From Winogradskyella sp. (GTDB taxonomy: Bacteria > Fidelibacterota > Marinisomatia > Marinisomatales > AB-629-J13): a DNA stretch of 44,346 nucleotides. Position 1 is the first letter of the stretch. The number at the start of each line of letters is the position of its first letter. Of this stretch, positions 10,167-19,738 are shown in pieces. The translations under genes and the position numbers were made by a program. The DNA is taken from the NCBI GenBank assembly GCA_964230865.1, contig CAXRJK010000128.1, forward strand, positions 1 through 44,346, in the 5' to 3' direction. Below the pieces are notes generated by a model that was not told where the DNA came from, did not search any database, and saw nothing but the letters and a program-made list of their open reading frames with translations.

Positions 10167-12979
10167 AAGAATAATTGAACTCCTAAAACTGTCTTTCGAG
10201 GGCTTCCGTTTCTAGATGGGTCTTGATTAGGATCGGGGTTTTCAATTAGATAATATGGTATTATTTCTCCAGTATTATAGCCCCTTCCTGTAAAGGGATT
10301 TATACGCCGGGGAATAGCCTCATTAAATAAGTTTTCAGTTTCAATAAATATCTTACATGTGATGTTATTCAGCTTAATGGATTTAAACAATTTCAAATCA
10401 ACAGAACTGGAACCAGGGATGTTGTTAATCCCAATAAATTTCAATAACTTGGGGTAATATTCACTTAAGTAATAATAGGGCTTGTCATCTTCCCGTGTTC
10501 CAATGTAATAGGGTGTACTGTCCACATAGATTATTCCATCTGGATAGTCATTGGTACCAGGAATAGAGCGGGTATATCGTCTCCCAGAAGAAAACTCTAT
10601 TCTTAGAGAACCACCAATTCCAGATGGGTGTCGATAATTCAAATTGGTGAAAAATTGAAAGGGTCTATCCCATACCATAAAATTTTCATCCAGAGGTTTC
10701 TCTCTTAATTGACCTGCATCTACCAATAGATTATCATAAGGGGTTGAACTTTTACCTGTGACTATTGAATAGTTTGCGTTTAAATCGATATACCAATTTT
10801 TATAGAGTCTGCTTTTTAAGATTGTCTCAATTCCTCTCGCCCTTGCGTAGTCAGCATTAAAATACATATTGAACGAAAGGTGAGAGTATTTTGGATTGGA
10901 AGGCACAACAGATTGTGATGTTTCATAGTCAAACATATCTTTCCAATATGCTTTAATCTCCATTACCTGGTCTGGATTAAACCGGTGTTTTATCCCCAAT
11001 TCATATTGAACTGTTGTTTTTGGGTTTAAGTTAGGATTTCCAAATATTTGATAAGTTGATTGTGCAGTAGAATTCAATTTTGCATACACATATTGAAACG
11101 TAGGTAACTGCGAAAAATGTCCATAGTAAAAATATAAAACGTCATTATCAGTGACCGGATGGGAAATTCCAAACCGTGGACTTAATCGGCCCTTGCCTCG
11201 ATAACCAAATATTGAGAATGTCTCATCTTGGAATTTATCTCTGGCCTCTTCGGTTATGATGACAGCGTTAGTATCGTTGACCGCATTTTCGACATATTTC
11301 CCGGGAAACCAATAGTCATATCTTAATCCCATATTTATTGTCATACCCTCAAAAATAATTTGATCTTGAATATAAAATGCCCCAAACATGGTACGGGCTT
11401 TATAAGAGTCATAATTCACACCTAGTCCTGAGGTCCCCGCCCATGGTTCATCAATATCCAGTACCTGTATATCTGACCATGTATTTTCAATTCCAAATTT
11501 GAGTTTATGTCTTGGAGGTAAATGATATGTCCCATCCAAGTCAAATCTAAAATTATCACTGTACATATCATACCATTCCGGAGCAAATCCTGAATCATAA
11601 AATTCATCACCATAGCTAATCCGGACATTTCCATCCCAATCTGTTATTACATAGTGCGCAGGCTCTAAATCCAACCTCTCTTCATATTCACTCCAGTTCA
11701 GGTCTTGTACAGCGCTGTGTTCCAGAGTGATGAATCGACCAATCGCAAGAGTATAAAATGACTGACTTCCAAGAGAATGAGTCCAATTAAGGTTAAACAG
11801 TCTTGATTCTCGCGTGATCGTATTATAATGATCAAGAATATTTTGATATCGAAATGGATAATAGGTATTTGAAAATGCTCTGGGCATGAAATATCCTTGG
11901 TTTATATTTAGCGATCCATCATAAGAAATAGTCAATTTTTTTTGCGGATTTATTTCCCACAATAATTTATACATGAAGTGCCAGTCATTATTTCCCCGAA
12001 CAGCAAAATTTTTCATTATTTTATCTGCAGATGAATCTTCTAATACAGGAATATTCCAGTTACGGTGAGGAAACAATTCGTTAGCAACAGGAAGATGCCC
12101 ATCAAACAGATTACCAAACCCCGATAAATAAAACGAAACTTTTCCAATTGGAACAAGGTGACCAAAAAAATAATCGGGGCCACCTAAGTTAAATTCAAAT
12201 CTGTCAGAATAACTGACAGCTGATTCCCTGTCAATGATTCCCCAGTGGTCACTTAAATATTTAAACGCACCTTCAAATTTATCTGAACCACTTTTTAAGC
12301 TCACATTAATTATACCCGACATCGCCTGTCCATATTCAGCATTATATCCTCCGGTTATAACCTCCAACTCTTCAATAGCTTCTGCATTTATGTATAAATT
12401 TCCAGAATATCCTGTAAGGGGATCTTTTACTGACATCCCATCTATAATAAACAAACTCTCATCAATTCTTCCCCCTCTTATATGAATTTCATTATCTTGT
12501 TTGGTTACCCCAATCTGTTCTGCTAGGATATCTTCAACTCCTGAAACAAGTTTATCTTGAATTTCGTCGCTTCTAATACGAGAAACAGAAGCCGTTTCAT
12601 CCACATCAAAGAGAGGTTTATTCCCTATAACTAGTACTTCCTCTCCAAAAGAGAGGACAGTCTTATCTAGTTGAAAATCAATACGTGTTCTTTCGCCCTC
12701 CTTCACCCAAACTCCCGTTTGCAATAATACCTTATATCCCATCATAGACACTTGAATGTCGTAATTACCGGCACGAATGTTTTCAATTAGGTACTCTCCA
12801 TTTTCATTGGATGCTGACCCATAGTAGGTCCCCTTTATAATAATATTGACTCCCGGTAAACTGTTATTGGTTTCACTTTCAGCAATCAACCCAAAAATGC
12901 TTCCAGTTTTCTCCTGCGCACTAGTATATCCAATCATCAGGATACAACCAATCACTAATTTATATATTAGATTATTCAT
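10163..12979 (-). CDS. TonB-dependent receptor with an N-terminal carboxypeptidase-regulatory-like domain
   Basis: CarboxypepD_reg-like N-terminus (GSIFGLIAESETNNSLPGVNIIIKGTYYGSASNENGEYLIENIRAGNYDIQVSMMGYK). Plug motif (IHIRGGRIDESLFIIDGMSVKDPLTG). A long beta-barrel ends in ..GVQLFF. No SusD-like gene lies adjacent. Confidence 0.85.
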   Translation of the reverse strand: MNNLIYKLVIGCILMIGYTSAQEKTGSIFGLIAESETNNSLPGVNIIIKGTYYGSASNENGEYLIENIRAGNYDIQVSMMGYKVLLQTGVWVKEGERTRIDFQLDKTVLSFGEEVLVIGNKPLFDVDETASVSRIRSDEIQDKLVSGVEDILAEQIGVTKQDNEIHIRGGRIDESLFIIDGMSVKDPLTGYSGNLYINAEAIEELEVITGGYNAEYGQAMSGIINVSLKSGSDKFEGAFKYLSDHWGIIDRESAVSYSDRFEFNLGGPDYFFGHLVPIGKVSFYLSGFGNLFDGHLPVANELFPHRNWNIPVLEDSSADKIMKNFAVRGNNDWHFMYKLLWEINPQKKLTISYDGSLNINQGYFMPRAFSNTYYPFRYQNILDHYNTITRESRLFNLNWTHSLGSQSFYTLAIGRFITLEHSAVQDLNWSEYEERLDLEPAHYVITDWDGNVRISYGDEFYDSGFAPEWYDMYSDNFRFDLDGTYHLPPRHKLKFGIENTWSDIQVLDIDEPWAGTSGLGVNYDSYKARTMFGAFYIQDQIIFEGMTINMGLRYDYWFPGKYVENAVNDTNAVIITEEARDKFQDETFSIFGYRGKGRLSPRFGISHPVTDNDVLYFYYGHFSQLPTFQYVYAKLNSTAQSTYQIFGNPNLNPKTTVQYELGIKHRFNPDQVMEIKAYWKDMFDYETSQSVVPSNPKYSHLSFNMYFNADYARARGIETILKSRLYKNWYIDLNANYSIVTGKSSTPYDNLLVDAGQLREKPLDENFMVWDRPFQFFTNLNYRHPSGIGGSLRIEFSSGRRYTRSIPGTNDYPDGIIYVDSTPYYIGTREDDKPYYYLSEYYPKLLKFIGINNIPGSSSVDLKLFKSIKLNNITCKIFIETENLFNEAIPRRINPFTGRGYNTGEIIPYYLIENPDPNQDPSRNGSPRKTVLGVQLFF

Positions 12980-15407
12980 TAAATAAATTATTCAGAATAA
13001 AGTCAAACAATGCCCCTGAATTTCCGCTTGAGCTCCTTTGTAAGATGACTCCTTTTTGGAATGGCTGTGTATTTCCTCCTGCAATTATTCCCTTTTTACT
13101 GCTTATCATTGATAATGAACGCAAATCCTCACCAACACCGCTGTAAATAGAATTCCAAGTTTCTCCTCCATCATAGGTGGTCAAAATATTCCCTCCGCTT
13201 CCAACTGAAAATCCTATTGACTCATTCAAAAAGAAAATATCATAAAGAGTAGCTACTATTGGAGTTTCTTGAAATTCCCAATTTATTCCTCCATCATTTG
13301 TTTTTAGTATTGTTCCGTCGCTTCCACAAATCCATCCCATATTCGTTTGATTAAAATGAACACCATAAAACCATGGATATGAGTCTTCTTGTAAACTAGA
13401 TTCAACAGCATCCCAACTCTCACCACCATTTTCTGTACGGAGAATTGTACCATTTGATCCGACAACCCATCCGTAAAGAGAATCTGAAAACCATATATCT
13501 TCAAGACGACTGCTGTTTCCTATATCAATCTGATGCCATATTTCTCCTCCATCCATAGAATGAAGTAAGGTTCCGCTTTTTCCTACTATCCATATAGTAT
13601 TTTCACTGATTGCAGTCACTGAGTATAGCGTTCTAGTTGTCCCGCTATTTTGTGAAATCCAACTCTCACCACCATTAATAGTTTTGAGAATAGTTCCTGT
13701 CTTCCCGATAATCCAGCCCGTACTTTCATTTGCAAATGCAACATCTCTTAAATCTTTATCCGTAGGACCTATAATGTTTTCCCATTCATTTCCACTATCT
13801 GATGATTTTAAAATCATACCATCTTCTCCAACAGCCCAAATAATTTCACTTTCGCTATAGTTTATTGCATATAAAACACTTGTAAAATTCTGATCCACAG
13901 TTTCCCACTCAAGATCGAGAACAGGTGTATATCCTTTGAAAAGTGGAAGAGACATAAGTATAGCAGTACCACTGTTTGGAATTCCAGGATATTGATAAGA
14001 TCCAGAGATTGTAGGGGATCCACTCCATAGATCAAAGGAGTCTTCTGGTTCTTGTAGATTATATAGTGATTGATATCCCTCATTATAACTATTAAATCCT
14101 TTAACAGCAACAGAGATAGGGCTTCCGATTCTAAGAGTGTCTGCACCTGTCACTTGTGGCAAAAGTAGCTTTTGAGATTGTATGTCACCCCCCGGGTTCA
14201 AGGGAAATGTCTGATTCAGTGGGAACCAAGAAATATCCGCTGTATCTGGGAATACCGCAAAATTAAGAAACAAATTTCCACCCCGTTCAATAAATGATTG
14301 TATGCTGATTTCTGCTTCAGGATAGGTATAGTTACCAGTATAGCCCGCATACCAAATAACGTGATCAAAAAATAATAAAGTTGCTGTGATATCGCTTATA
14401 GAGTAGGGAAGTTTTTCTCCGACTTCCCAATAAGAGTAGCCATCGATTTCAAGTGAATCCATAACTCCCATATACCAGTTAAGAGCATTATTTGGAGTAT
14501 CTTGAGGATAATCATCTACGATTAAAAATGACCCATTTGGCTCTTTCACAACCCATAAATTGGGAGTGTTTTCATCAGTTTCATCTGGAAATTGAATCAC
14601 CGGACTAAATTTACCTGCAATATCTTGAGCTTTAAGATAAAAAGTGTGCTCTCCAGATGTCAATGCATTAAGCGTTACTGATGAGTGAGCTGCAGCATCC
14701 AATTGATACCAGCATGTCTCACACGTGTCGTCCAAAGCATAATAAATAGATATAATTGTTTCAATTCCGTCAAGGTCAGTTACATCCCAAATAAATGTAC
14801 GTGTTGGAAAAGTATAATGTATATTTTTTGGCTCTGGTAAATCAATTGAAAGGGGGTTGCTAAGGTATCTAAAATTTATATGAGGGGGTGAATTGTAGAT
14901 TGGGAGAACTAGTTTTGCGGGCGACTGGTCTATGTTTCCCATATTATCAACTGATTTTACCTCAAACTGGAATACATCAAATTCTTTTTTAATGGGAACA
15001 AAAAATATTGCTGATTCATCGTTGGTTTCTGTCCAGGAAGAGTCAGTATTCCACCGATACTTATATCCTATAACATCTCCATCCGGGTCTTCTCCCCACC
15101 AATGCAATTCCTGTCTGCTCGTCGTTATGGTTGTAAATGCGTGTGGTAATGTGTCAACAATTATTGAAGTATCAAGTAGTGGCTCATCAAATTCATAATT
15201 CCACAGAGTATCACTGATAATTTCACCATTTTGGGGGTCTTCTGAAATAATAACATCAGTCACAACAGCAAATATTGTATCTGATGCAATTAGAGATAAA
15301 TAGGTTTCAGGATGTTGATTTCCATAGGGTAATGACTGATCTTCATATTCCCACATTGAGCAGGAAAAGACAAGAAGTACCGGTAAATATTTTAGAAAAG
15401 ATTGCAT
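12972..15407 (-). CDS. Lipoprotein with an N-terminal Ig-like/unknown region and a C-terminal BNR (Asp-box) Ycf48-like beta-propeller
   Basis: Lipobox LVFS/C. There are six or more SxDxGxxW Asp-boxes (SSDSGNEWE, TINGGESWI, SMDGGEIWH, TENGGESWD, TNDGGINWE, TYDGGETWN). It overlaps the receptor gene by 8 bp. Confidence 0.6.
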   Translation of the reverse strand: MQSFLKYLPVLLVFSCSMWEYEDQSLPYGNQHPETYLSLIASDTIFAVVTDVIISEDPQNGEIISDTLWNYEFDEPLLDTSIIVDTLPHAFTTITTSRQELHWWGEDPDGDVIGYKYRWNTDSSWTETNDESAIFFVPIKKEFDVFQFEVKSVDNMGNIDQSPAKLVLPIYNSPPHINFRYLSNPLSIDLPEPKNIHYTFPTRTFIWDVTDLDGIETIISIYYALDDTCETCWYQLDAAAHSSVTLNALTSGEHTFYLKAQDIAGKFSPVIQFPDETDENTPNLWVVKEPNGSFLIVDDYPQDTPNNALNWYMGVMDSLEIDGYSYWEVGEKLPYSISDITATLLFFDHVIWYAGYTGNYTYPEAEISIQSFIERGGNLFLNFAVFPDTADISWFPLNQTFPLNPGGDIQSQKLLLPQVTGADTLRIGSPISVAVKGFNSYNEGYQSLYNLQEPEDSFDLWSGSPTISGSYQYPGIPNSGTAILMSLPLFKGYTPVLDLEWETVDQNFTSVLYAINYSESEIIWAVGEDGMILKSSDSGNEWENIIGPTDKDLRDVAFANESTGWIIGKTGTILKTINGGESWISQNSGTTRTLYSVTAISENTIWIVGKSGTLLHSMDGGEIWHQIDIGNSSRLEDIWFSDSLYGWVVGSNGTILRTENGGESWDAVESSLQEDSYPWFYGVHFNQTNMGWICGSDGTILKTNDGGINWEFQETPIVATLYDIFFLNESIGFSVGSGGNILTTYDGGETWNSIYSGVGEDLRSLSMISSKKGIIAGGNTQPFQKGVILQRSSSGNSGALFDFILNNLFNE

Positions 15408-15419
15408 AATAGAGGGGGT

Positions 15420-15451
15420 ATCGGCAGGAGCACTCAGGTACTCCTGCCGAT
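15420..15451 (-). terminator. GC-rich hairpin (11-bp perfect stem, 10-nt loop) in the 52-nt gap between the 1419-aa gene and the next gene. Possible terminator/attenuator or RNA-stabilising stem, with no U-tract.
   Basis: atcggcaggag (15420-15430) and ctcctgccgat (15441-15451) are perfect reverse complements. The hairpin starts 9 nt after the stop at 15460 and ends 12 nt before the ATG at 15407. It is conspicuous in AT-rich surroundings. Confidence 0.4.
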
Positions 15452-15459
15452 TAATTTAG

Positions 15460-18400
15460 CTATCGGATCAACATCATTTTTTTCTGGTTGATATAATTAC
15501 CTGCATCAATTCGATAGAAATATATACCTGAACCTACCTGAGCTCCTGAAGATGAGGTGCCATCCCAAACAACCTTGTGAATTCCCGGCTTCATGAAAGA
15601 ATGAACTATCAGGTTAACTTCTTTACCCATTATATCATAAATAACAATGGAGACTTCATTTTCCTCCGGTATTGAAAAAAGGATTTCTGTCTCGGGGTTA
15701 AAAGGATTGGGATAGTTTTGTGATAGTGAATAGTCCACCGGAATTTGAGATTCTTCTTTCAATCTCAATCCATGAACAGCTCCCAATATGATCTCTCCAG
15801 ACCCTGAAAGAATAATCCTATCACCAAGCTCAGAAGATAATATCCAATCCATGCCATCTTTAGCTGGAGTTTTTATTTCATATGAAATATGAACTTGTTC
15901 CATAGAATGCTGTAAAGATATACTGCCTCCGTCCTTTGATAATTTACTATCACCTTTAAACCGAAAATCCTGAGCGCCTGCAGGAGGAAGGGGAGGGAGC
16001 ATATATCTAACTAGCTCTTCTGCTGGAACATCCACACCAAAGTAAATTGATTGACTATCCATTGTTAGAACACTTGCATCTTCTGTATAATCATTTAAAA
16101 CAGAAGCAGTAAGTGAGCGTGCAAGCCCGCCCAATGACAGAGTAATATCTCCATCATCATTTGCATTCATCCAATATCCCTTACCCGGTTCAAGTATTGA
16201 AGAGTTTTGATAGGTCCCATCAAAACCATAAATGGTTCCAGAAACAATAATTGAGTTTACATCAACGATTTCTTCAACTGATAGATTGCTTGAAAGTCCG
16301 CTGACTAAGTTCCACCCAGATGAAAGAGATATGGTGATATTTGTGATTGGATCTCCATTTAATATATCACTCCCTGAAGATGGGAAATTCAACCAATATC
16401 CAATGCCCGGAACCAATTCAGTCTCCCCTACATAGGTTCCATCAAAAGAATATAATGTACCCGAAGTTGCCTCGGGATAAATCACATTATAATCTGAGTT
16501 CTCTAATTCAAATGGAAACCCAACCAAATTCCAACCATCACTGTGATCGACGGTTAATCCTTCTGAAATTTCATAAACCAAATCTGAAACATATAGAGGA
16601 CATAATTTATAGGTTGTGGAATCACTATAACTTCCAAAATGGTGATAGACCCAACCTCGAGCAGATTCAATCAGTGTTCCAACCGGTGGAGGTCCAACGA
16701 CATCAAAATAAACCTCAACACTATCTGAGTCGTCGTCAACCAACACGGAACCTGAACCATCATCCATTGCAAATAGATCATATGGAAAATCATTCGCTGT
16801 TATAACCGCATTTTCTACTATAACCATTACCGTTCCCCACTGTTCTGCTTCTGTAGGCCATCTTAAATCACCTGATGAAACTGTTGGTTCCGGAGGGACT
16901 TCAACGTTATTTCCAAGAATCTCTATGGGTTGAGTTATAAATAATTCAGTCATATTTGATCCACCTGTGGAGTATTCGTAAATATATCCTGTAGCGCGTA
17001 TGAAATCTCCTTCAACCAAATTAGGAAATGCCGAACTATCAGGGTCATAAGAGAGAATTCCACTCCAGGGACCCCCGTGGGGATCAGCAAAAATAAATTT
17101 CACACCATCGCCTGCATAGCTCAGACCGGTTGGCATAGTTACAATTCCGGAAATTGTAACTGTATCCCCAAGCATATATGACATATCCGACTCAGAGTCT
17201 TCGCCGGCTTTAATTAGGTCGCTATATAGCACTTGCTGAATCCGCTGAATTCTTACATCTCCTGCTTCCACAACGTCTTTTGCAAGTCTTGGCTGGATTT
17301 TGAAATTGCTGTAGGTGTAGTCTAACACACCAGTAATAGATATCAGCTCTGCATCTTCTTCTGGCCAGTAATAATAATCCCAATTATCATCCACCATCAC
17401 TGAGTTTACACCATCTGTTATCGACCATTCTCCATAACCAAGATCCTCTTCATCTACAATTACATTGGAAACCCTTACCAAAACTCCTTCATATGCTTCA
17501 GACTCATCTCCGTCTGTCATAATCTGTTCAATCGAAACATCCAATGGTTCAATAGTGTTAACAGCAGGTCCGTAAACTGTAACAGCGGAGACATTCGTAA
17601 TTTCTGTTTTTCCGTAATATTCTATTACTTCTCCAGTTACAACCACGCTATCTCCTTCTGCTAATGTGTAAACAGTTTCACCGATAGGGGTATCAAATCC
17701 AAACTCGTTCCAACCATCATAGTTAAATACAACTATACCACCGTAAGGTGCCTGTTCATCCTGAACATAAAAATTCCGATTGGATGAGCCGCCCCAAAAT
17801 TCTGCTGTAACCACACCTCCTATTGTTACTATCTGACCTTCTAATGCAGGGTTAGTTTGTACATCATAGATTGATGTCAGTGCTTCCGGGGAGCTAACCA
17901 AATAAAACATAGTATCAGAATTTACTATTTCATTTACTCCATCATCTGCGCTTACAAAGTAGTGTACCATATCTCCGTCATTTTGGGGAGGGATGGTGCC
18001 GGAAAATGTATTGGATTCTTCAGAAAACATATCGTTGGAACTAAATCCACCGCCATTAATCTGAAAATATAAACCTACCTCTATTTCTCCGTCATCAATC
18101 ACTTGAACACTTACGCTTACTTCATCTTCAGGGGTAGGATTTTCAGGAAGATGCATAAGATTTGAAATGTAAGGAGAGACATCTCCCAACACTTCAATGT
18201 CAGAATAAAACCTTGGCAATATCTGATACCCTTCATCTGCCGGGTCTGAAGAATCATATTGGCCCACTATTCCCGTGACATTAAACGTGCCTTGAGGTTC
18301 CAATCCTTCATCCACATCTGTGTCTTTGTCTACTCTCATCGTTATAGTTGTATCGCTTAAATCAGTAATTGTTAAATTACTGTTATCCCCCTCAGAGGGC

Positions 18401-19719
18401 CAATCACCATCAACTATATTTGCGGTTTGAACAGTTACTATTTCAGATTCATACGATTCTGGAGATGAAAGTATTTGAGCAATGGAGAGGACTTGAGATG
18501 CTGGAACTACATTACCGCTGCTTACAACTGATATATCGGATATATCTGCTGGAACTATTTCCAATTTACCGTTATAGACCTCGATTTCTCCTGTAACTTG
18601 GATATAATCTCCAACTGAGAGCTCTGCATCAGCAGAATAATTAAATAAAACTATACCACCTGTCGCATCTTGAATTCCATAATCTGTTCTACCGCTTAGT
18701 AAGCCATAATTAGGCGTAGTAACAAATCCTGCGGTTGTTACTGTTTCTCCAATCATTGTATTTCTTACCTCTAATATGGGTAAAATATCCTCATTAGGTT
18801 CTTCTATATCTGTTTGAAAACGTGGAAGAATTTGGTATCCCTCATCCTGAGGTTCAGTGTAATCATACTGACCTACTATACCTTTTAAATCAAATAACCC
18901 TTCCGGAGCGGGGCCATCATCTACATCTGAATGACGGTCAACCCTCAATATGAGGGTAGTAGCACCTCCATCATCGGATATCGTAAGATTTTGATTATTC
19001 CCCGGTTCGGGCCAATCACCATCAATAATCTCAACTCCAAAGACTTGAACCAGCTCTGACTCAAATGATTCCGCCATTGTTAACAACCCTGAAAGGGTCA
19101 TATATTGAAATGCTGGTAGATCATTGCCCTGACTTACTACAGTTATATCCGTTTCTGTCGAGGGAACTATTTCTAATTTACCGTTATAATTTAAAATCTC
19201 GCCCGTAACTGTCACCAGATCACCAATAGATAAGCCTGCATCAAAATCACCGTTATAGATAACAATTGCTGCTGTTTCATCCTGAATAACAAAATCACTT
19301 TGACCAGAGCTAGCTAGATTTGGGGTGGTAACAATACCGCTGGTGGTGACTGTGAGTCCATCCTGTTCTCTCGCTTCCTGAATTGTAATTGATAAGGATT
19401 CTAAAGCACCTTCATTGATCCACTGTGCGATAAGCTCTACTTGTTCACTTGGGAGATCCGGATTGTTTCCCGGAGGCATAGAGCCATCATTTACCTTTTG
19501 CCAGAGGTAGCTTTCAGAATGGTTTCCAGCAACAATTGCAGCACCGCTGTTTCCACCTTCCATCAGACTTGAATACGTTGATAAATTTAATCCTCCGGAA
19601 TTCCCGTGGCAGCCGGTACAATTATCATTTAATATTGGTTGAATCTCAGTATAATAATCGACCTGTGCAAAAAGAAACACACTGAGAAACGGAATAAGAG
19701 CTAACATTTTATTTTTCAT
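15460..19719 (-). CDS. Giant T9SS-sorted surface protein: PSCyt1-like CxxCH domain, four OB-fold-like ExeM/NucH-type modules, tandem GWNL/GYW module, type-A T9SS C-terminal domain
   Basis: 1419-aa intact ORF with signal peptide ..FLFA/QVD and an AAGGAG Shine-Dalgarno about 12 nt upstream. Repeated modules follow the pattern VTTSGIVTTP...DFVIQDETAAIVIY...GDLVTVTGEILNYNGKLEIVP...YESELV...DGDWP...YQILPRF. The C-terminal 87 aa (15463-15723), NYPNPFNPETEILFSIP...GIYFYRIDAG...KKMMLIR, is a classic T9SS type-A sorting domain. Confidence 0.8.
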   Translation of the reverse strand: MKNKMLALIPFLSVFLFAQVDYYTEIQPILNDNCTGCHGNSGGLNLSTYSSLMEGGNSGAAIVAGNHSESYLWQKVNDGSMPPGNNPDLPSEQVELIAQWINEGALESLSITIQEAREQDGLTVTTSGIVTTPNLASSGQSDFVIQDETAAIVIYNGDFDAGLSIGDLVTVTGEILNYNGKLEIVPSTETDITVVSQGNDLPAFQYMTLSGLLTMAESFESELVQVFGVEIIDGDWPEPGNNQNLTISDDGGATTLILRVDRHSDVDDGPAPEGLFDLKGIVGQYDYTEPQDEGYQILPRFQTDIEEPNEDILPILEVRNTMIGETVTTAGFVTTPNYGLLSGRTDYGIQDATGGIVLFNYSADAELSVGDYIQVTGEIEVYNGKLEIVPADISDISVVSSGNVVPASQVLSIAQILSSPESYESEIVTVQTANIVDGDWPSEGDNSNLTITDLSDTTITMRVDKDTDVDEGLEPQGTFNVTGIVGQYDSSDPADEGYQILPRFYSDIEVLGDVSPYISNLMHLPENPTPEDEVSVSVQVIDDGEIEVGLYFQINGGGFSSNDMFSEESNTFSGTIPPQNDGDMVHYFVSADDGVNEIVNSDTMFYLVSSPEALTSIYDVQTNPALEGQIVTIGGVVTAEFWGGSSNRNFYVQDEQAPYGGIVVFNYDGWNEFGFDTPIGETVYTLAEGDSVVVTGEVIEYYGKTEITNVSAVTVYGPAVNTIEPLDVSIEQIMTDGDESEAYEGVLVRVSNVIVDEEDLGYGEWSITDGVNSVMVDDNWDYYYWPEEDAELISITGVLDYTYSNFKIQPRLAKDVVEAGDVRIQRIQQVLYSDLIKAGEDSESDMSYMLGDTVTISGIVTMPTGLSYAGDGVKFIFADPHGGPWSGILSYDPDSSAFPNLVEGDFIRATGYIYEYSTGGSNMTELFITQPIEILGNNVEVPPEPTVSSGDLRWPTEAEQWGTVMVIVENAVITANDFPYDLFAMDDGSGSVLVDDDSDSVEVYFDVVGPPPVGTLIESARGWVYHHFGSYSDSTTYKLCPLYVSDLVYEISEGLTVDHSDGWNLVGFPFELENSDYNVIYPEATSGTLYSFDGTYVGETELVPGIGYWLNFPSSGSDILNGDPITNITISLSSGWNLVSGLSSNLSVEEIVDVNSIIVSGTIYGFDGTYQNSSILEPGKGYWMNANDDGDITLSLGGLARSLTASVLNDYTEDASVLTMDSQSIYFGVDVPAEELVRYMLPPLPPAGAQDFRFKGDSKLSKDGGSISLQHSMEQVHISYEIKTPAKDGMDWILSSELGDRIILSGSGEIILGAVHGLRLKEESQIPVDYSLSQNYPNPFNPETEILFSIPEENEVSIVIYDIMGKEVNLIVHSFMKPGIHKVVWDGTSSSGAQVGSGIYFYRIDAGNYINQKKMMLIR
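19404..19662 (-). other. PSCyt1-like (planctomycete cytochrome c-type) domain with a single CxxCH motif, within the 1419-aa protein
   Basis: YYTEIQPILNDNCTGCHGNSGGLNLSTYSSLMEGGNSGAAIVAGNHSESYLWQKVNDGSMPPGNNPDLPSEQVELIAQWINEGA fits the PSCyt1 consensus as I recall it (PIL..C..CHG...GGL.L......GG.SG....PG....S.L.......MPP....L......I..WI..GA). Confidence 0.6.
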
Positions 19720-19738
19720 TTTTTATTTACTCCTTTTA

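Noticed and set aside
7780-15407. Interpretation as a classical polysaccharide utilisation locus
   Set aside because: I see no SusD-like gene, glycoside hydrolase, polysaccharide lyase or hybrid two-component regulator. The BNR Asp-boxes alone do not establish a sialidase, and I could not find catalytic RIP/FRIP-type motifs by eye.
16347-16805. 152-aa + strand ORF, plus the many other 60-120-aa ORFs nested antisense in large genes (e.g. 840-1070, 2665-2916, 4017-4385, 8816-9082, 14932-15198, 29008-29337, 31495-31731, 37565-37843, 41897-42178)
   Set aside because: All are embedded opposite long ORFs with clear domain content. Their translations are low-complexity or compositionally odd (H/Q/N/P/S-rich) with no motifs. 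This is typical of antisense frames in AT-rich DNA.
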